This document shows, in pieces, positions 46,876 through 56,389 of a stretch of DNA of 64,000 nucleotides. Origin of the DNA: Deltaproteobacteria bacterium (GTDB lineage: Bacteria; UBA10199; GCA-002796325; JACPFF01); assembly GCA_016183065.1 (NCBI GenBank), contig JACPFF010000015.1:27449-91448 (forward strand). The letters run 5' to 3'. Positions within the stretch are counted from its first letter, which is position 1; each line of letters starts with the position of its first letter. Under the pieces are notes generated by a model that made no database searches, was not told the origin of the DNA, and saw nothing but the letters and a program-made list of their open reading frames with translations. The position numbers and the translations under genes are program-made.

Positions 46876-47906
46876 GCACATTACAGAAAAAACCGGCCTA
46901 TGTGGTCGCGGTGGTCGGGGCGACCGGCGCTGTCGGTTCGGAGATGATTCATCTCCTCGAGGAGCGCAAATTTCCCGTGGAGCGATTGGTGCCACTGGCC
47001 TCCGACCGCTCGATGGGTCGACAGGTGACGTTTGGCGGCGCAGAACTCGATGTCGTGGCACTCCACCCCAAGGCATTGGCCAGTGTCGACATTGCGCTTT
47101 TTTCCGCCGGGGGGAGCGTGAGCGCCGAATATGCCCCGATGGCGGCTGCAGCAGGGACTTTGGTCATTGACAATAGTTCGACGTTCCGCATGGAGCCCGA
47201 CGTGCCGCTCGTGGTCCCGGAGGTCAATAGTGCCACGGCGGCCGGGTGGCGCCGGCGCGGTATGATTGCCAACCCGAATTGCTCGACCATCCAACTGACC
47301 GTGGTCCTCAAGCCGCTCCACGAGGCTGCAGGGCTCACGCGCGTGGTGGTCGCGACGTATCAGGCGACTTCGGGGGCGGGTGGACGGGCCATGGACGAAA
47401 TGCTCGCGCAAATTCGGGCCGTGTTTGCGGGAGAAGAACCGGAGAACCACATCTTCCCGCATCCCATTGCCTTTAACTGTCTTCCGCAGATCGACCGCTT
47501 CCTCGACAACGGATATACCAAGGAAGAATGGAAGGTGATCGAGGAGAGCAAGAAGATTCTCGGTCTTCCCGACCTGTGCGTGACCGCCACTGCCGTGCGG
47601 GTCCCCGTGTTTATCGGGCATTCCGAGGCAGTCAATGTCTCGCTGGAACGACCGCTCTCCGCGGATGAGGCTCGCGCGTTTCTCCGCGTTGCCCCGGGGG
47701 TTATCGTGGAAGATGATCCGGCAACTCAGACCTACCCGCAGGCCAGGCGCGTTGCCGGGAGCGATGCGGTCTATGTGGGGCGGATCCGCCAGGACGTGTC
47801 ACAACCGCGCGGGCTTGACTTCTGGGTCGTGGCCGATAATTTGCGCAAGGGCGCGGCGCTGAATGCCGTACAGATCGCCGAGATTGTCACGGCGCGGTAT
47901 CTGTAA
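46872..47906 (+). CDS. asd: Aspartate-semialdehyde dehydrogenase
   Basis: VAVVGATGAVGSEM and active-site NPNCSTIQL. Confidence 0.95.
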   Translation: MSTLQKKPAYVVAVVGATGAVGSEMIHLLEERKFPVERLVPLASDRSMGRQVTFGGAELDVVALHPKALASVDIALFSAGGSVSAEYAPMAAAAGTLVIDNSSTFRMEPDVPLVVPEVNSATAAGWRRRGMIANPNCSTIQLTVVLKPLHEAAGLTRVVVATYQATSGAGGRAMDEMLAQIRAVFAGEEPENHIFPHPIAFNCLPQIDRFLDNGYTKEEWKVIEESKKILGLPDLCVTATAVRVPVFIGHSEAVNVSLERPLSADEARAFLRVAPGVIVEDDPATQTYPQARRVAGSDAVYVGRIRQDVSQPRGLDFWVVADNLRKGAALNAVQIAEIVTARYL

Positions 47907-47909
47907 TCG

Positions 47910-49718
47910 ATGATCCCGCGAGAGGGCATCATGCGGATTCGCATCATGACACTCGGGCTGCTGTGCGGTGTCCCGATGGTCGTTCCCTCCGTGCTCCTGG
48001 CCTATCCCAATGAGGAACGAGCCGTCCTCGATCTCTCCCTCTCGGTTCCAACCAGTGCACGCCTCGATACGGAGCGGCAATGGTTACTCCTCGCCAGTGG
48101 CGAAACATTGACCGTGGTGGATCTGGCGACCTTTGCCAAGGTGGGGGCAAGCGACACGCCCTATGCCATTGCGTCCGACGAAGACGTAAACGGTTCCATC
48201 CAGGGGCTGGCGATCAGTCTCGAGAATGACCAGCTCTATGCCACGCAGGATGGTGGCGCACTCCTGATCTACGACCTCACCGACCTGACCGAGGCCCCGA
48301 CACGTCATCTGGTTTCCACGGGAAGCAATCTGACGTTGGTCGAATATGATTCCGATCGTGACGAACTCCTGATGCTCAACGAGACCAACGCGAGCATCAT
48401 TCGCTTCTCGGCCTCCGAGGGCCAGGTTCTTGGCCAAGTACCGCTGACCACGACGGGGAGCCTCACGATTGCTGCCATGCACTATGTCCCCAATATTGCC
48501 AATGGGGTGGGGGCCCTCTACCTGACAGGGACGACCGGAAAACTCTATCTCTTGCCGTCCGTAGGATCGGCTGTGGCCACGGTCGTGCTCGATGTGGCCG
48601 GTACCGATGATCTGACCGGAATTGCCGCACGTCCTGACAGTAGCATCGTCTATGTCATCAACCGATCCGACAAAGTGCTCCACCCACTCACGGCGACCAA
48701 CCAGGCGCAACTGGCGACGATTGCGCTCGGAGAAAATAGCGACATGGAGTCGATCGCCGTGACCGATGTGACCAATCCCTCCGGGACCTATGGATTTGTG
48801 GTGGGGAGTGCCGGACTCTCCGTGTTTGATACGGCCAATAACGATCTCTTTGACCTCGGCACCACCGACGACGAGGATGAACCGCTCTTGCTGAGCGGGA
48901 GTGGACCGATTCTGGCGGGCGATGACGGCTATCTCTATGTGCCCTTCGGGAAAATTTCGGTGGTGAGCGACAATCCCTTCATCACCGTAAGTACGGTGGA
49001 ATATTCGAACGGTGGTACGAGCATGGGGAGCGGCGAGTCGGTGGCCCTCACGTTTTCCTCGGACGAAGGGGGGACGTATGAGACGCGACTCGGCGGTGAT
49101 ACGACCCAGAATGGGAGCCTCATCGCCGATGTCACGGGTGCGTCCTCGGGGTCGGTCACCGCGGATACCGCCACGACCATCATATTTCAGAAAGACGATT
49201 CCTCGCTCTGGGACGAGGGGAATAATCGTTTTTTTCTCTTTGTGACCGATACGGAAGGGAATATCGGCCGGCGCGCCACTGCCGTTACCGTGGATACCCC
49301 ACCGCCGGCCGTCGCCATCTCCAGTGTCGGGTTTGGCAATAGCAAATTATATGTCAATATCAATCGGCTCCCCGCGAGCGATATTTCGACCTACCGGGTC
49401 TATGCCGATACCGATCCAAACGTCGTCGCCGCAAAGGGGGAGGTGGCAGGGACGGCAGCGCAGTCATCGAGCGGGACGATTACGGTGGTGGTGACTGGTC
49501 TGCAAAATGGCACCACCTACTATTTGGCCGCAGAGGCCGTCGATTCCGGGGGCAATGTCAGTGTGTCCCGCACCGTGACCCTGGCCGATGGTGCGGTGGC
49601 CAGCGGGTTTCCCGAGGCCACGGTCGGACCGGTGGGGCTCTCCGGCGAGGCGGGCTGCACGTTGCGGCCGTGGCAGGCCGTCGATGGCCGACAAGTGAGG
49701 GCACGTGAATCGCGGTAG
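47910..49718 (+). CDS. Secreted repeat protein: beta-propeller-like (YVTN-type) repeats plus Ig/Fn3-like C-terminal domains
   Basis: Signal peptide (MRIRIMTLGLLCGVPMVVPSVLLA; ATG 47931 is an alternative start). Recurring blade-like motifs LYATQDGGALLIYDL, LYLTGTTGKLYLL, VYVINRSDKVLHPL and YGFVVGSAGLSVFD. Fn3-like stretch YRVYADTD...GLQNGTTYYLAAEAVDSGGNVS. Confidence 0.6.
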   Translation: MIPREGIMRIRIMTLGLLCGVPMVVPSVLLAYPNEERAVLDLSLSVPTSARLDTERQWLLLASGETLTVVDLATFAKVGASDTPYAIASDEDVNGSIQGLAISLENDQLYATQDGGALLIYDLTDLTEAPTRHLVSTGSNLTLVEYDSDRDELLMLNETNASIIRFSASEGQVLGQVPLTTTGSLTIAAMHYVPNIANGVGALYLTGTTGKLYLLPSVGSAVATVVLDVAGTDDLTGIAARPDSSIVYVINRSDKVLHPLTATNQAQLATIALGENSDMESIAVTDVTNPSGTYGFVVGSAGLSVFDTANNDLFDLGTTDDEDEPLLLSGSGPILAGDDGYLYVPFGKISVVSDNPFITVSTVEYSNGGTSMGSGESVALTFSSDEGGTYETRLGGDTTQNGSLIADVTGASSGSVTADTATTIIFQKDDSSLWDEGNNRFFLFVTDTEGNIGRRATAVTVDTPPPAVAISSVGFGNSKLYVNINRLPASDISTYRVYADTDPNVVAAKGEVAGTAAQSSSGTITVVVTGLQNGTTYYLAAEAVDSGGNVSVSRTVTLADGAVASGFPEATVGPVGLSGEAGCTLRPWQAVDGRQVRARESR

Positions 49719-50355
49719 ATGGTGGTGGTTGAGTGGATGCCTCATCACTCTGCTCGGAGGTCTGGGGAGCGCGAGTGCCGCTTCGGCCACCCACAATCCG
49801 GAACACTGGAGTCTGGAGTTGCGGGGCGGCGTGTTCGGACCGAGTGGTGATGTCATGAAGAGTTTTTTTGGGACCTGTTGCTCGCCGACGATCGCCCTGA
49901 GCGGCGGTCCCCTGATCGATTCGAAGCTCGGGATCGAAGTGGGTCTGGGGATGGTCTCACGACAGGGAAGGGCCCGTGGCGAGATTACTGGCCGCGAGTC
50001 GCAAGACGGCTTTTCGCTCCTCCTGTTACCGGTCACGGTCGAGGTGGCCTACCGGATTGATTATCATGCCGACCAACCCCTGGCCCCCTATGTCAAAGCG
50101 GGTCTCGATGGCGTCTACTTTCGCGAGTCGAGCGCCGGCCAAGGGAGAAAAGGATTCAAGATGGGTCTGCATGGTGGTGGCGGGTTGATGATTCTCCTCA
50201 ATGATCTGGCCGAGGGGCGCCTTGATGCGCAGTACGGCTTCAATGACATTTTTTTTGTGATCGATGGACGATATCGTTGGGCCAACAGTTTTGGCAAGGC
50301 CGGATTCAATCTCTCCGGATGGGAAGCCACCGGTGGGGTCCACCTCCAATTTTGA
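49705..50355 (+). CDS. Small outer-membrane beta-barrel protein
   Basis: GTG start after GAGGG, signal peptide LLGGLGSASAAS, alternating amphipathic strands and a C-terminal ...GGVHLQF ending in an aromatic residue. Confidence 0.6.
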   Translation: MNRGRWWWLSGCLITLLGGLGSASAASATHNPEHWSLELRGGVFGPSGDVMKSFFGTCCSPTIALSGGPLIDSKLGIEVGLGMVSRQGRARGEITGRESQDGFSLLLLPVTVEVAYRIDYHADQPLAPYVKAGLDGVYFRESSAGQGRKGFKMGLHGGGGLMILLNDLAEGRLDAQYGFNDIFFVIDGRYRWANSFGKAGFNLSGWEATGGVHLQF

Positions 50356-50356
50356 G

Positions 50357-51244
50357 ATGCGCACCATTATCCTCCGTATTGCCTATGATGGGAGCCATTA
50401 TGCGGGCTGGCAGCAGCAGCAGAATGCGCTGGGCATCCAGTCGGTCATTTGTGCCGCCCTGCAGCGGATGACGCGGGAAGAGCAGCGGCTCGTGGCAGCA
50501 TCGCGGACCGATGCCGGCGTGCATGCTCTGGGCCAGATCGCGGTCTTTCGCACCGCGACGGCCATTGCACCATCGGCATTTGTTGCCGGACTGCGCGGGT
50601 ATTTACCGCCGGAGATCGTTGTCACCGATGCCGTGGAAGGGCCGGGGGATTTTCATCCACGGCGGGATGCCACGGCGAAAACCTATCGGTATCTCCTGCA
50701 CTGTGGCGCACCGTTCCACCCATTACTGCGTGAGCGTGTCTGGATGCTTCACCACTCCTTGCACACAGACGCCATGACGCAGGCCGCCGCTGTTCTGTGT
50801 GGCGAGCATGATTTCCGTGCCTTTGCCGCGAGCAATGACCACAACCGGTCGAAAGTGTGTGTGCTGTCGCGGTTCCACATTGCATGCGTCCCGGCGGCAC
50901 AATATTTTCCCTCGTTACAGCCGATCACTGGAACCGTGATCGGCTGTGAAATCACGGGGAATCGTTTTCTCAAGCAGATGATCCGGAATATGGTCGGAAC
51001 GCTGATGGAAGTGGGGGAGGGACGACGTGCCCCGGACACCATGACGGGCATCCTCGCCAGCCAGGATCGCCGACGGGCGGGCCGCTGTGCCCCAGGATGC
51101 GGTCTCTATTTGACCGCCATCGACTATCCATGTCCATTATTTGAGCGCTCTGTCGCGACCGTACGTCCCGACGTCAGCGGGGAAGTCCCTGGACCGCTTT
51201 GGTCAGTCGAGAGACCAGTCGAGAAGCGCGGGTCTTCGGAATGA
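50357..51244 (+). CDS. truA: tRNA pseudouridine(38-40) synthase
   Basis: RIAYDGSHYAGWQQQ and catalytic SRTDAGVHALGQ. The 3' end overlaps the rpsT 3' end by 71 nt. Confidence 0.9.
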   Translation: MRTIILRIAYDGSHYAGWQQQQNALGIQSVICAALQRMTREEQRLVAASRTDAGVHALGQIAVFRTATAIAPSAFVAGLRGYLPPEIVVTDAVEGPGDFHPRRDATAKTYRYLLHCGAPFHPLLRERVWMLHHSLHTDAMTQAAAVLCGEHDFRAFAASNDHNRSKVCVLSRFHIACVPAAQYFPSLQPITGTVIGCEITGNRFLKQMIRNMVGTLMEVGEGRRAPDTMTGILASQDRRRAGRCAPGCGLYLTAIDYPCPLFERSVATVRPDVSGEVPGPLWSVERPVEKRGSSE

Positions 51245-51473
51245 TTCCCTTCCCGCCGATGCGCGCCACTGCAGGGATTGCTGATTGCAAGGCCGTGCTA
51301 GCCGCCGAGCGATCTCCGCGTGCCACCGCTCCACGCACGGCCTTGACCGAGGCACGCAACAATTTTCGTTGTTCGGTGTTATACCGTTTGCGCGCCGTAT
51401 TTTGTCGTGCGCGCTTCATGGCCGACGCGTGGCGTCCGCTGTGAAGGACCTTCTTCTCCGTGGGTGCGGCCAT
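51174..51473 (-). CDS. rpsT: 30S ribosomal protein S20
   Basis: SAMKRARQNTARKRYNTEQRKLLRASVKAV...KGIIPKTRASRLVSRL. Confidence 0.9.
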   Translation of the reverse strand: MAAPTEKKVLHSGRHASAMKRARQNTARKRYNTEQRKLLRASVKAVRGAVARGDRSAASTALQSAIPAVARIGGKGIIPKTRASRLVSRLTKAVQGLPR

Positions 51474-51566
51474 ACGTCTCCTTTTATCCTCTGCTGAACG
51501 AGACCGCTCTCCTAGTCGCTGCCTGGAAACTTGTCAAGGTCGCGTAAAGCCGCTATACGCCCGCGG

Positions 51567-53171
51567 ATGTCCTCCGAGGTACAGGATGCGCAAGGGGTCT
51601 CTGGGCGACCGGCAGAGGGGGAAGGCCATGCGGCGATCAGTCGCCGCGCCGGGACGGTCGGTGGACTGACACTCTTAAGCCGTATCGCCGGGCTCATTCG
51701 CGACATGGTCGTGGCCTATGCGTTTGGTGCGCGGGCCACGGCAGATGCGTTCTATGTCGCCTTTCGGATTCCCAATCTCATGCGTCGTCTCCTCGCCGAG
51801 GGGGCGCTTACCATGGCATTTCTTCCCATCTATTCGGAATATAAAAGAAAATCAGCTTCTGAAGCCGCAACAGCCGCCTCGACAATCTTTACCGCCCTCC
51901 TGGTCTTTTTGACCCTCCTCGTGCTCCTCGGCATGCTGGCCACCCCGTGGATTGTCCAACTGGTGGCCTATGGTTTTGTGGATGAGCCGGAAAAATTCGC
52001 CCTGACGGTCTCGCTCTCCCGTCTCATGTTTCCCTATCTGATGATGGCAAGCGTCATGGCACTGCTGATGGCGATCTTGAATAGTTGGCGGCATTTTGCC
52101 GCCCCGGCAGCGGCGCCCATTGCACTCAATGGTGCCATGATCCTTGGGGCACTCGTCTTTGCCCCCTGGTTCGCGCAACCGGTCTATGGTTTGGCCGTCG
52201 GCGTGCTGGTCGGCGGGCTCTTGCAGATCGGCGTCCAGTGCTACCCCTTGCTCCGTCGCCACCTCTTTCCCCGACTGACGCTCTCGCTCACACATCCCAG
52301 TCTGCAGCAGTTGGTCCGGATCATGATCCCTTCGGTGTATGGTGGTGCGGTCTATCAATTAAATGTCCTGATGATCACCCTCTTTGCCTCGTTTTTGCCC
52401 CATGGGAGTGTCTCCTATCTCTGGTATGCCGATCGGATCACGGAATTCCCGCTCGGGATTTTTGCGGTCGCGCTGGCGACAGTCACTTTGCCCACGCTCT
52501 CTGAACAACAGAGCGCCGGGGATGGGGCCGCGTTTCGTGCCACCTACAATTTTGGCCTGCGGCTGTTGTGGGCGGGGGCACTCCCGGCCACGGTCGGTCT
52601 CATGATCCTGGCCGAGCCGATCGTGCGGCTCTTGTTCCAGGGTGGAGCATTCACGGCAGCGTCCACACAGGCCACGGCCGATGCACTCTTCTACTTTGCC
52701 ATGGGCATTCCGTGTGTGAGTGGCGTCCGCAATACGGTCCCGGCATTTTATGCCATGAAAGATGCCAAGACGCCCGTGAAGGTCGCCACGATCACGCTCC
52801 TCGTCAATGCTGCTGCGGCCTGGTCCTTGATGCGCCCGATGCAACATGCCGGACTCGCCTTCGCGATGGTGATCTCCACTGCGGTGCAGTTTGCCTTATT
52901 GACGATCCTCTTGCGTCGCCAATTGGGTCCGCTGGGCGGTCGCCGGCTCCTCCGCAGTTTTCTCGGGAGTAGTGTGGCGGCCATGGCCATGGGGATGATC
53001 CTCTGGATGGTGGTGCGGGCCGGGATGATCACGACCATGGCGAACCGCTGGCATTTATTGCTGGCGATCACGGGGCTTGTCCTGCTCGGATCGGGGATTT
53101 ATTATGGACTCCTCTGGATGCTGAATCGTGAAGAGGCCCGGCATCTCTGGTGGCTGGTCCGACGGCGATGA
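51567..53171 (+). CDS. murJ: Lipid II flippase MurJ
   Basis: LLSRIAGLIRDMVVAYAFGA...ADAFYVAFRIPNLMRRL, ~14 TM segments. ATG 51567 is preferred over TTG 51531. Confidence 0.9.
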   Translation: MSSEVQDAQGVSGRPAEGEGHAAISRRAGTVGGLTLLSRIAGLIRDMVVAYAFGARATADAFYVAFRIPNLMRRLLAEGALTMAFLPIYSEYKRKSASEAATAASTIFTALLVFLTLLVLLGMLATPWIVQLVAYGFVDEPEKFALTVSLSRLMFPYLMMASVMALLMAILNSWRHFAAPAAAPIALNGAMILGALVFAPWFAQPVYGLAVGVLVGGLLQIGVQCYPLLRRHLFPRLTLSLTHPSLQQLVRIMIPSVYGGAVYQLNVLMITLFASFLPHGSVSYLWYADRITEFPLGIFAVALATVTLPTLSEQQSAGDGAAFRATYNFGLRLLWAGALPATVGLMILAEPIVRLLFQGGAFTAASTQATADALFYFAMGIPCVSGVRNTVPAFYAMKDAKTPVKVATITLLVNAAAAWSLMRPMQHAGLAFAMVISTAVQFALLTILLRRQLGPLGGRRLLRSFLGSSVAAMAMGMILWMVVRAGMITTMANRWHLLLAITGLVLLGSGIYYGLLWMLNREEARHLWWLVRRR

Positions 53172-56100
53172 ATCGACCAAGAGGGCTTTTGCCCGTCGCA
53201 GGATCGCCCGTGCACTGACCGTATCTCCGAGGATGCGATAGAGTTCTCCCCGCGACAGATGAATGCGGTAGCGGATGTGGGGGGACACTCCGTGACTCCG
53301 TTCTCCCAAGACCGCGGCTTTTTCCAGGTGATATCTGGCCTGGGCATGCCGTTGTTGGCGGAGGGCCAGTGAACCAAGATGGTAATGCAACTGACAGGCC
53401 AGTCGGCCATGGGTCCCCAAGGTGCCCTGGACGACGTCGAGTTCCGCCAAGGCCGTGCGAAAGATCGTTTCTGCCTCGGCAATCTCGCCACGGCGCCGAT
53501 GATTATTCCCCATTTCCATGGCACACGTGATTGCCAGGGAACGATTGCCGAGCAATGCCGCATATCGCGATCCCTCTTGAAAGCTGTGAAACGCCTCGGT
53601 GAGGGCATGCTGCGCGGAATAGATCTGTCCCAGGAGGAGATACGTGCGGGCCAAGAGCTCTCGGTGACCCTGCGCATGCATCGCAGGGAGTGTTGCGGTG
53701 AGGAGGGCGTTCGCGTCCGCATGCTGGCCCTCCCTATGGGCGACGGCGGCCTGAAGCCATTGCGCAGAGAGGGCGCGCAGTGGTTGCTGAAAACGCTCGG
53801 CGCGTTCTCTTTCGTGGAGGGCATGGGTCATGGCATCGTCGTAGCGTCTGGCCGCCAGATACCCATCTCCGAGGGCCGCGTAGGCGATCTCGGGCCGCTG
53901 GGTGTGATCGCCGTGATCGGCCAGTGCCGTCGTCCGTTCCAGCGCGGCAATGGCAGCCTCGGTAGCGCCCCTTGCCAACCATACCATGGCCAGCGCGTGC
54001 TCAATGACCACGCGTCTGCTCTGGGCTTCAGGGGTCTCGGGAAGGAGATGGAGGGCGCGCGCATAGGCTTCTTCCGCCACGGTCCATTGATCGTGCTGAT
54101 AGGCCGCCATCCCGATTGAGGAGAGCGTCGTGACGAGGCGCTCCTGCAACAGGGGAGCGAGGGTTGCATACTGCGCCAATCCTTGGACGATCTGGCATTC
54201 GCATTGCAAGGCGGCGTGAAACTGATGGGCCTCAGCATACGATTGGGCGCGCAGGAGGAGGATTTCGAGGGCCGGGCCGCCGCCGGCGCACGACGGGAGC
54301 AATCGTTCGACCTCGGCCAGTGTTTCAAGCGCCGCGGCTGGGGAGGCTCCCCGCATCTGTTCATGATAGAGTTGCCATAACGCAAGCACGGTGGTGTCCG
54401 AGGTCGCCTCTGTCAGATGTCGAATGAGTTCTTCCATGGGCGCGCTCGGCGAATGTTGCAACTGCGCCGCAATGCGCGCATGGTAGATTGCCCGTTGTGA
54501 CGTGTTGATCTGGGCATAGTGCCCCTCCCGCGCTGCGGGCGAGACATAGGCATAGTCTCCGGTCACGGGATCGCGGTGCACGATGCCGAGTTCGATGAGA
54601 GCCTCCAGGGCCGATGGTGATGGCGGACGTTCGAGGATGGCGTGCAGCCCGGTTGTTGTCAGGGGTTGCTGTGAGACGGCGAGCACGTTGAGAATCTCTT
54701 CCCTGTCAGGGTGATCCCGCGGATGTTGTACGGTTGGATGGAGCGTCCGTGCGTGGGATGTCGGGGCCTGCAGTGGGTCTGTATGGCGCAGGGCGTGCAT
54801 CATCGCAGAGGGATTTCCCGCAGAGATCCGGTGTACCTGATTGGGTGAAATTGTCATGCCGGTCATCACGCGCCACTGTTCGAGGACCTGCCGGACCTCC
54901 TCCCTGGAAAAATTTTCCAGGATGATCGCACCGGTTTCAGACGGGGGAAGGCCGAGCGCCGCTGCGAGGCGATGCCGCCCCGCTTCCTCTGCCGGACCGG
55001 TCATGATGACCGCGACCCGCAGTGGATGATCAACGGTCGCATGCGGGAGCGCCGTGCGGAGCGATTGGATTACTGCCCGCAGGCTCGCCACGATCTCCGC
55101 ACCATAGCCTTCATCCACTCGTGCCACTGCTTCATCGAGAAAAAAGAGTGCCGGAACATTCAGATGGGCCAATGACTGATCAATGGCGGCCAACCAATGC
55201 ATGCGGGCCATCAAGTCGATCCGGTCAAAACGGTGCGTGGCAAAGCCCAAGAGTTGGGCCTGGTATTTGATTTCCTGCAAGAACCGGGTCTTGCCAGCCC
55301 CGGCCGTGCCACCGATCCAGTAGAGGAGCGGTCGCGGCGTTCCGGTCTCGACGATATGGTGGAGCCATCCATCGAGCATGGCCATTTCTCTGCGGCGGCC
55401 CACAAAGGTCGGCTCCCATGCATGAACTGTGTCGGGCCCGATCGGGAGTGGGCGGTGATCGGTATCTGACGCGAGCGCCTGTCGTACGGCCGATGCCGAG
55501 GGAAAACGGTCCTCGCGCCGTTTGGCGAGCAGCCGCAGGATGAGGGTATCCATGAGAGAGGAAATATCGGGATTGTGGACGGAGGGCGGCGGAGGCGTGT
55601 AGCGGAGATGTTGTGCAAACGTGGCCTCACGATTGGTGGAACGATACGGATTGATCCCGGTCAAGACATAATAGAGTAGGACCCCGAACGAGTAGAGATC
55701 TGCCCGATGATCTGCAGAGGCGCGTTCAATAATCTCCGGGGCCATATAGCTCGGTGTGCCGACCACACGGTGCTGGTGGCTGACCGCAGCAAGCCCGAAG
55801 TCGATCAATTTCACGTGGCTGCCGACCGCATCGTCCCCGATGCGTGTGTCACCCTGGGTCACTAACACATTCTGCGGTTTGATATCGAGATGCAAAATCT
55901 GATGACCGTGAAGATACGCCAAGGCGTCCAAGGCTTCTCCTATCAGGGGGAGACATTCGGCGAGCGGGAGTCCCCGGAGTGCGGAAGAATAGTCCGTGCC
56001 GTCGACATATTCTGACGTAAAGAAATAATAGCCATGATCATCATCGTGCGCAAAATCATAGACCTGAGTAATGTGGGGATGGCGGAGCTGTGTGAGCGTG

Positions 56101-56339
56101 GCAAATTCCGATTTGAAATAGGCAAGGCCCTCGGCGGTCGGCATTCTCCGCGTCAGGATTTTCATCGCGACGCGCTGTTGCAAAATACCATCGTGGACCA
56201 GAAAGACCTCACCACTGGCCCCGGCGCCGATCCGTTGTTGCAGGAGATAGCGACCGTTGATCACGGTGCCAACGTGGAGTGGTTCTTTCACCACGGCATT
56301 ATACCTCGATTCCGACCGGCACGAAATAAAATGGCTCAA
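53055..56339 (-). CDS. Ser/Thr protein kinase fused to an AAA/STAND NTPase and TPR repeats
   Basis: Kinase motifs GAGASGEV, AMK, HLDIKPQNVLV, IDFGLA and SYMAPE. P-loop GGTAGAGKTRFL and Walker B LFFLDEA. Long TPR-like C-terminal half. Confidence 0.85.
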   Translation of the reverse strand: MSHFISCRSESRYNAVVKEPLHVGTVINGRYLLQQRIGAGASGEVFLVHDGILQQRVAMKILTRRMPTAEGLAYFKSEFATLTQLRHPHITQVYDFAHDDDHGYYFFTSEYVDGTDYSSALRGLPLAECLPLIGEALDALAYLHGHQILHLDIKPQNVLVTQGDTRIGDDAVGSHVKLIDFGLAAVSHQHRVVGTPSYMAPEIIERASADHRADLYSFGVLLYYVLTGINPYRSTNREATFAQHLRYTPPPPSVHNPDISSLMDTLILRLLAKRREDRFPSASAVRQALASDTDHRPLPIGPDTVHAWEPTFVGRRREMAMLDGWLHHIVETGTPRPLLYWIGGTAGAGKTRFLQEIKYQAQLLGFATHRFDRIDLMARMHWLAAIDQSLAHLNVPALFFLDEAVARVDEGYGAEIVASLRAVIQSLRTALPHATVDHPLRVAVIMTGPAEEAGRHRLAAALGLPPSETGAIILENFSREEVRQVLEQWRVMTGMTISPNQVHRISAGNPSAMMHALRHTDPLQAPTSHARTLHPTVQHPRDHPDREEILNVLAVSQQPLTTTGLHAILERPPSPSALEALIELGIVHRDPVTGDYAYVSPAAREGHYAQINTSQRAIYHARIAAQLQHSPSAPMEELIRHLTEATSDTTVLALWQLYHEQMRGASPAAALETLAEVERLLPSCAGGGPALEILLLRAQSYAEAHQFHAALQCECQIVQGLAQYATLAPLLQERLVTTLSSIGMAAYQHDQWTVAEEAYARALHLLPETPEAQSRRVVIEHALAMVWLARGATEAAIAALERTTALADHGDHTQRPEIAYAALGDGYLAARRYDDAMTHALHERERAERFQQPLRALSAQWLQAAVAHREGQHADANALLTATLPAMHAQGHRELLARTYLLLGQIYSAQHALTEAFHSFQEGSRYAALLGNRSLAITCAMEMGNNHRRRGEIAEAETIFRTALAELDVVQGTLGTHGRLACQLHYHLGSLALRQQRHAQARYHLEKAAVLGERSHGVSPHIRYRIHLSRGELYRILGDTVSARAILRRAKALLVDSSPSDQPPEMPGLFTIQHPEESIINPRSEQDKPRDRQQ

Positions 56340-56389
56340 CTTGTGGATTACACTAGACTTTTTTATTCTCCATATGTTACGAACGCCGC

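Noticed and set aside
49630-49718. C-terminal 'SGEAGCTLRP...' of the beta-propeller protein as a MYXO-CTERM/PEP-CTERM-type sorting signal
   Set aside because: The Gly-Cys is not followed by a hydrophobic helix and basic tail in this frame. Translating the other two frames also gives no TM segment. The hydrophobic stretch just downstream is the signal peptide of the next gene.
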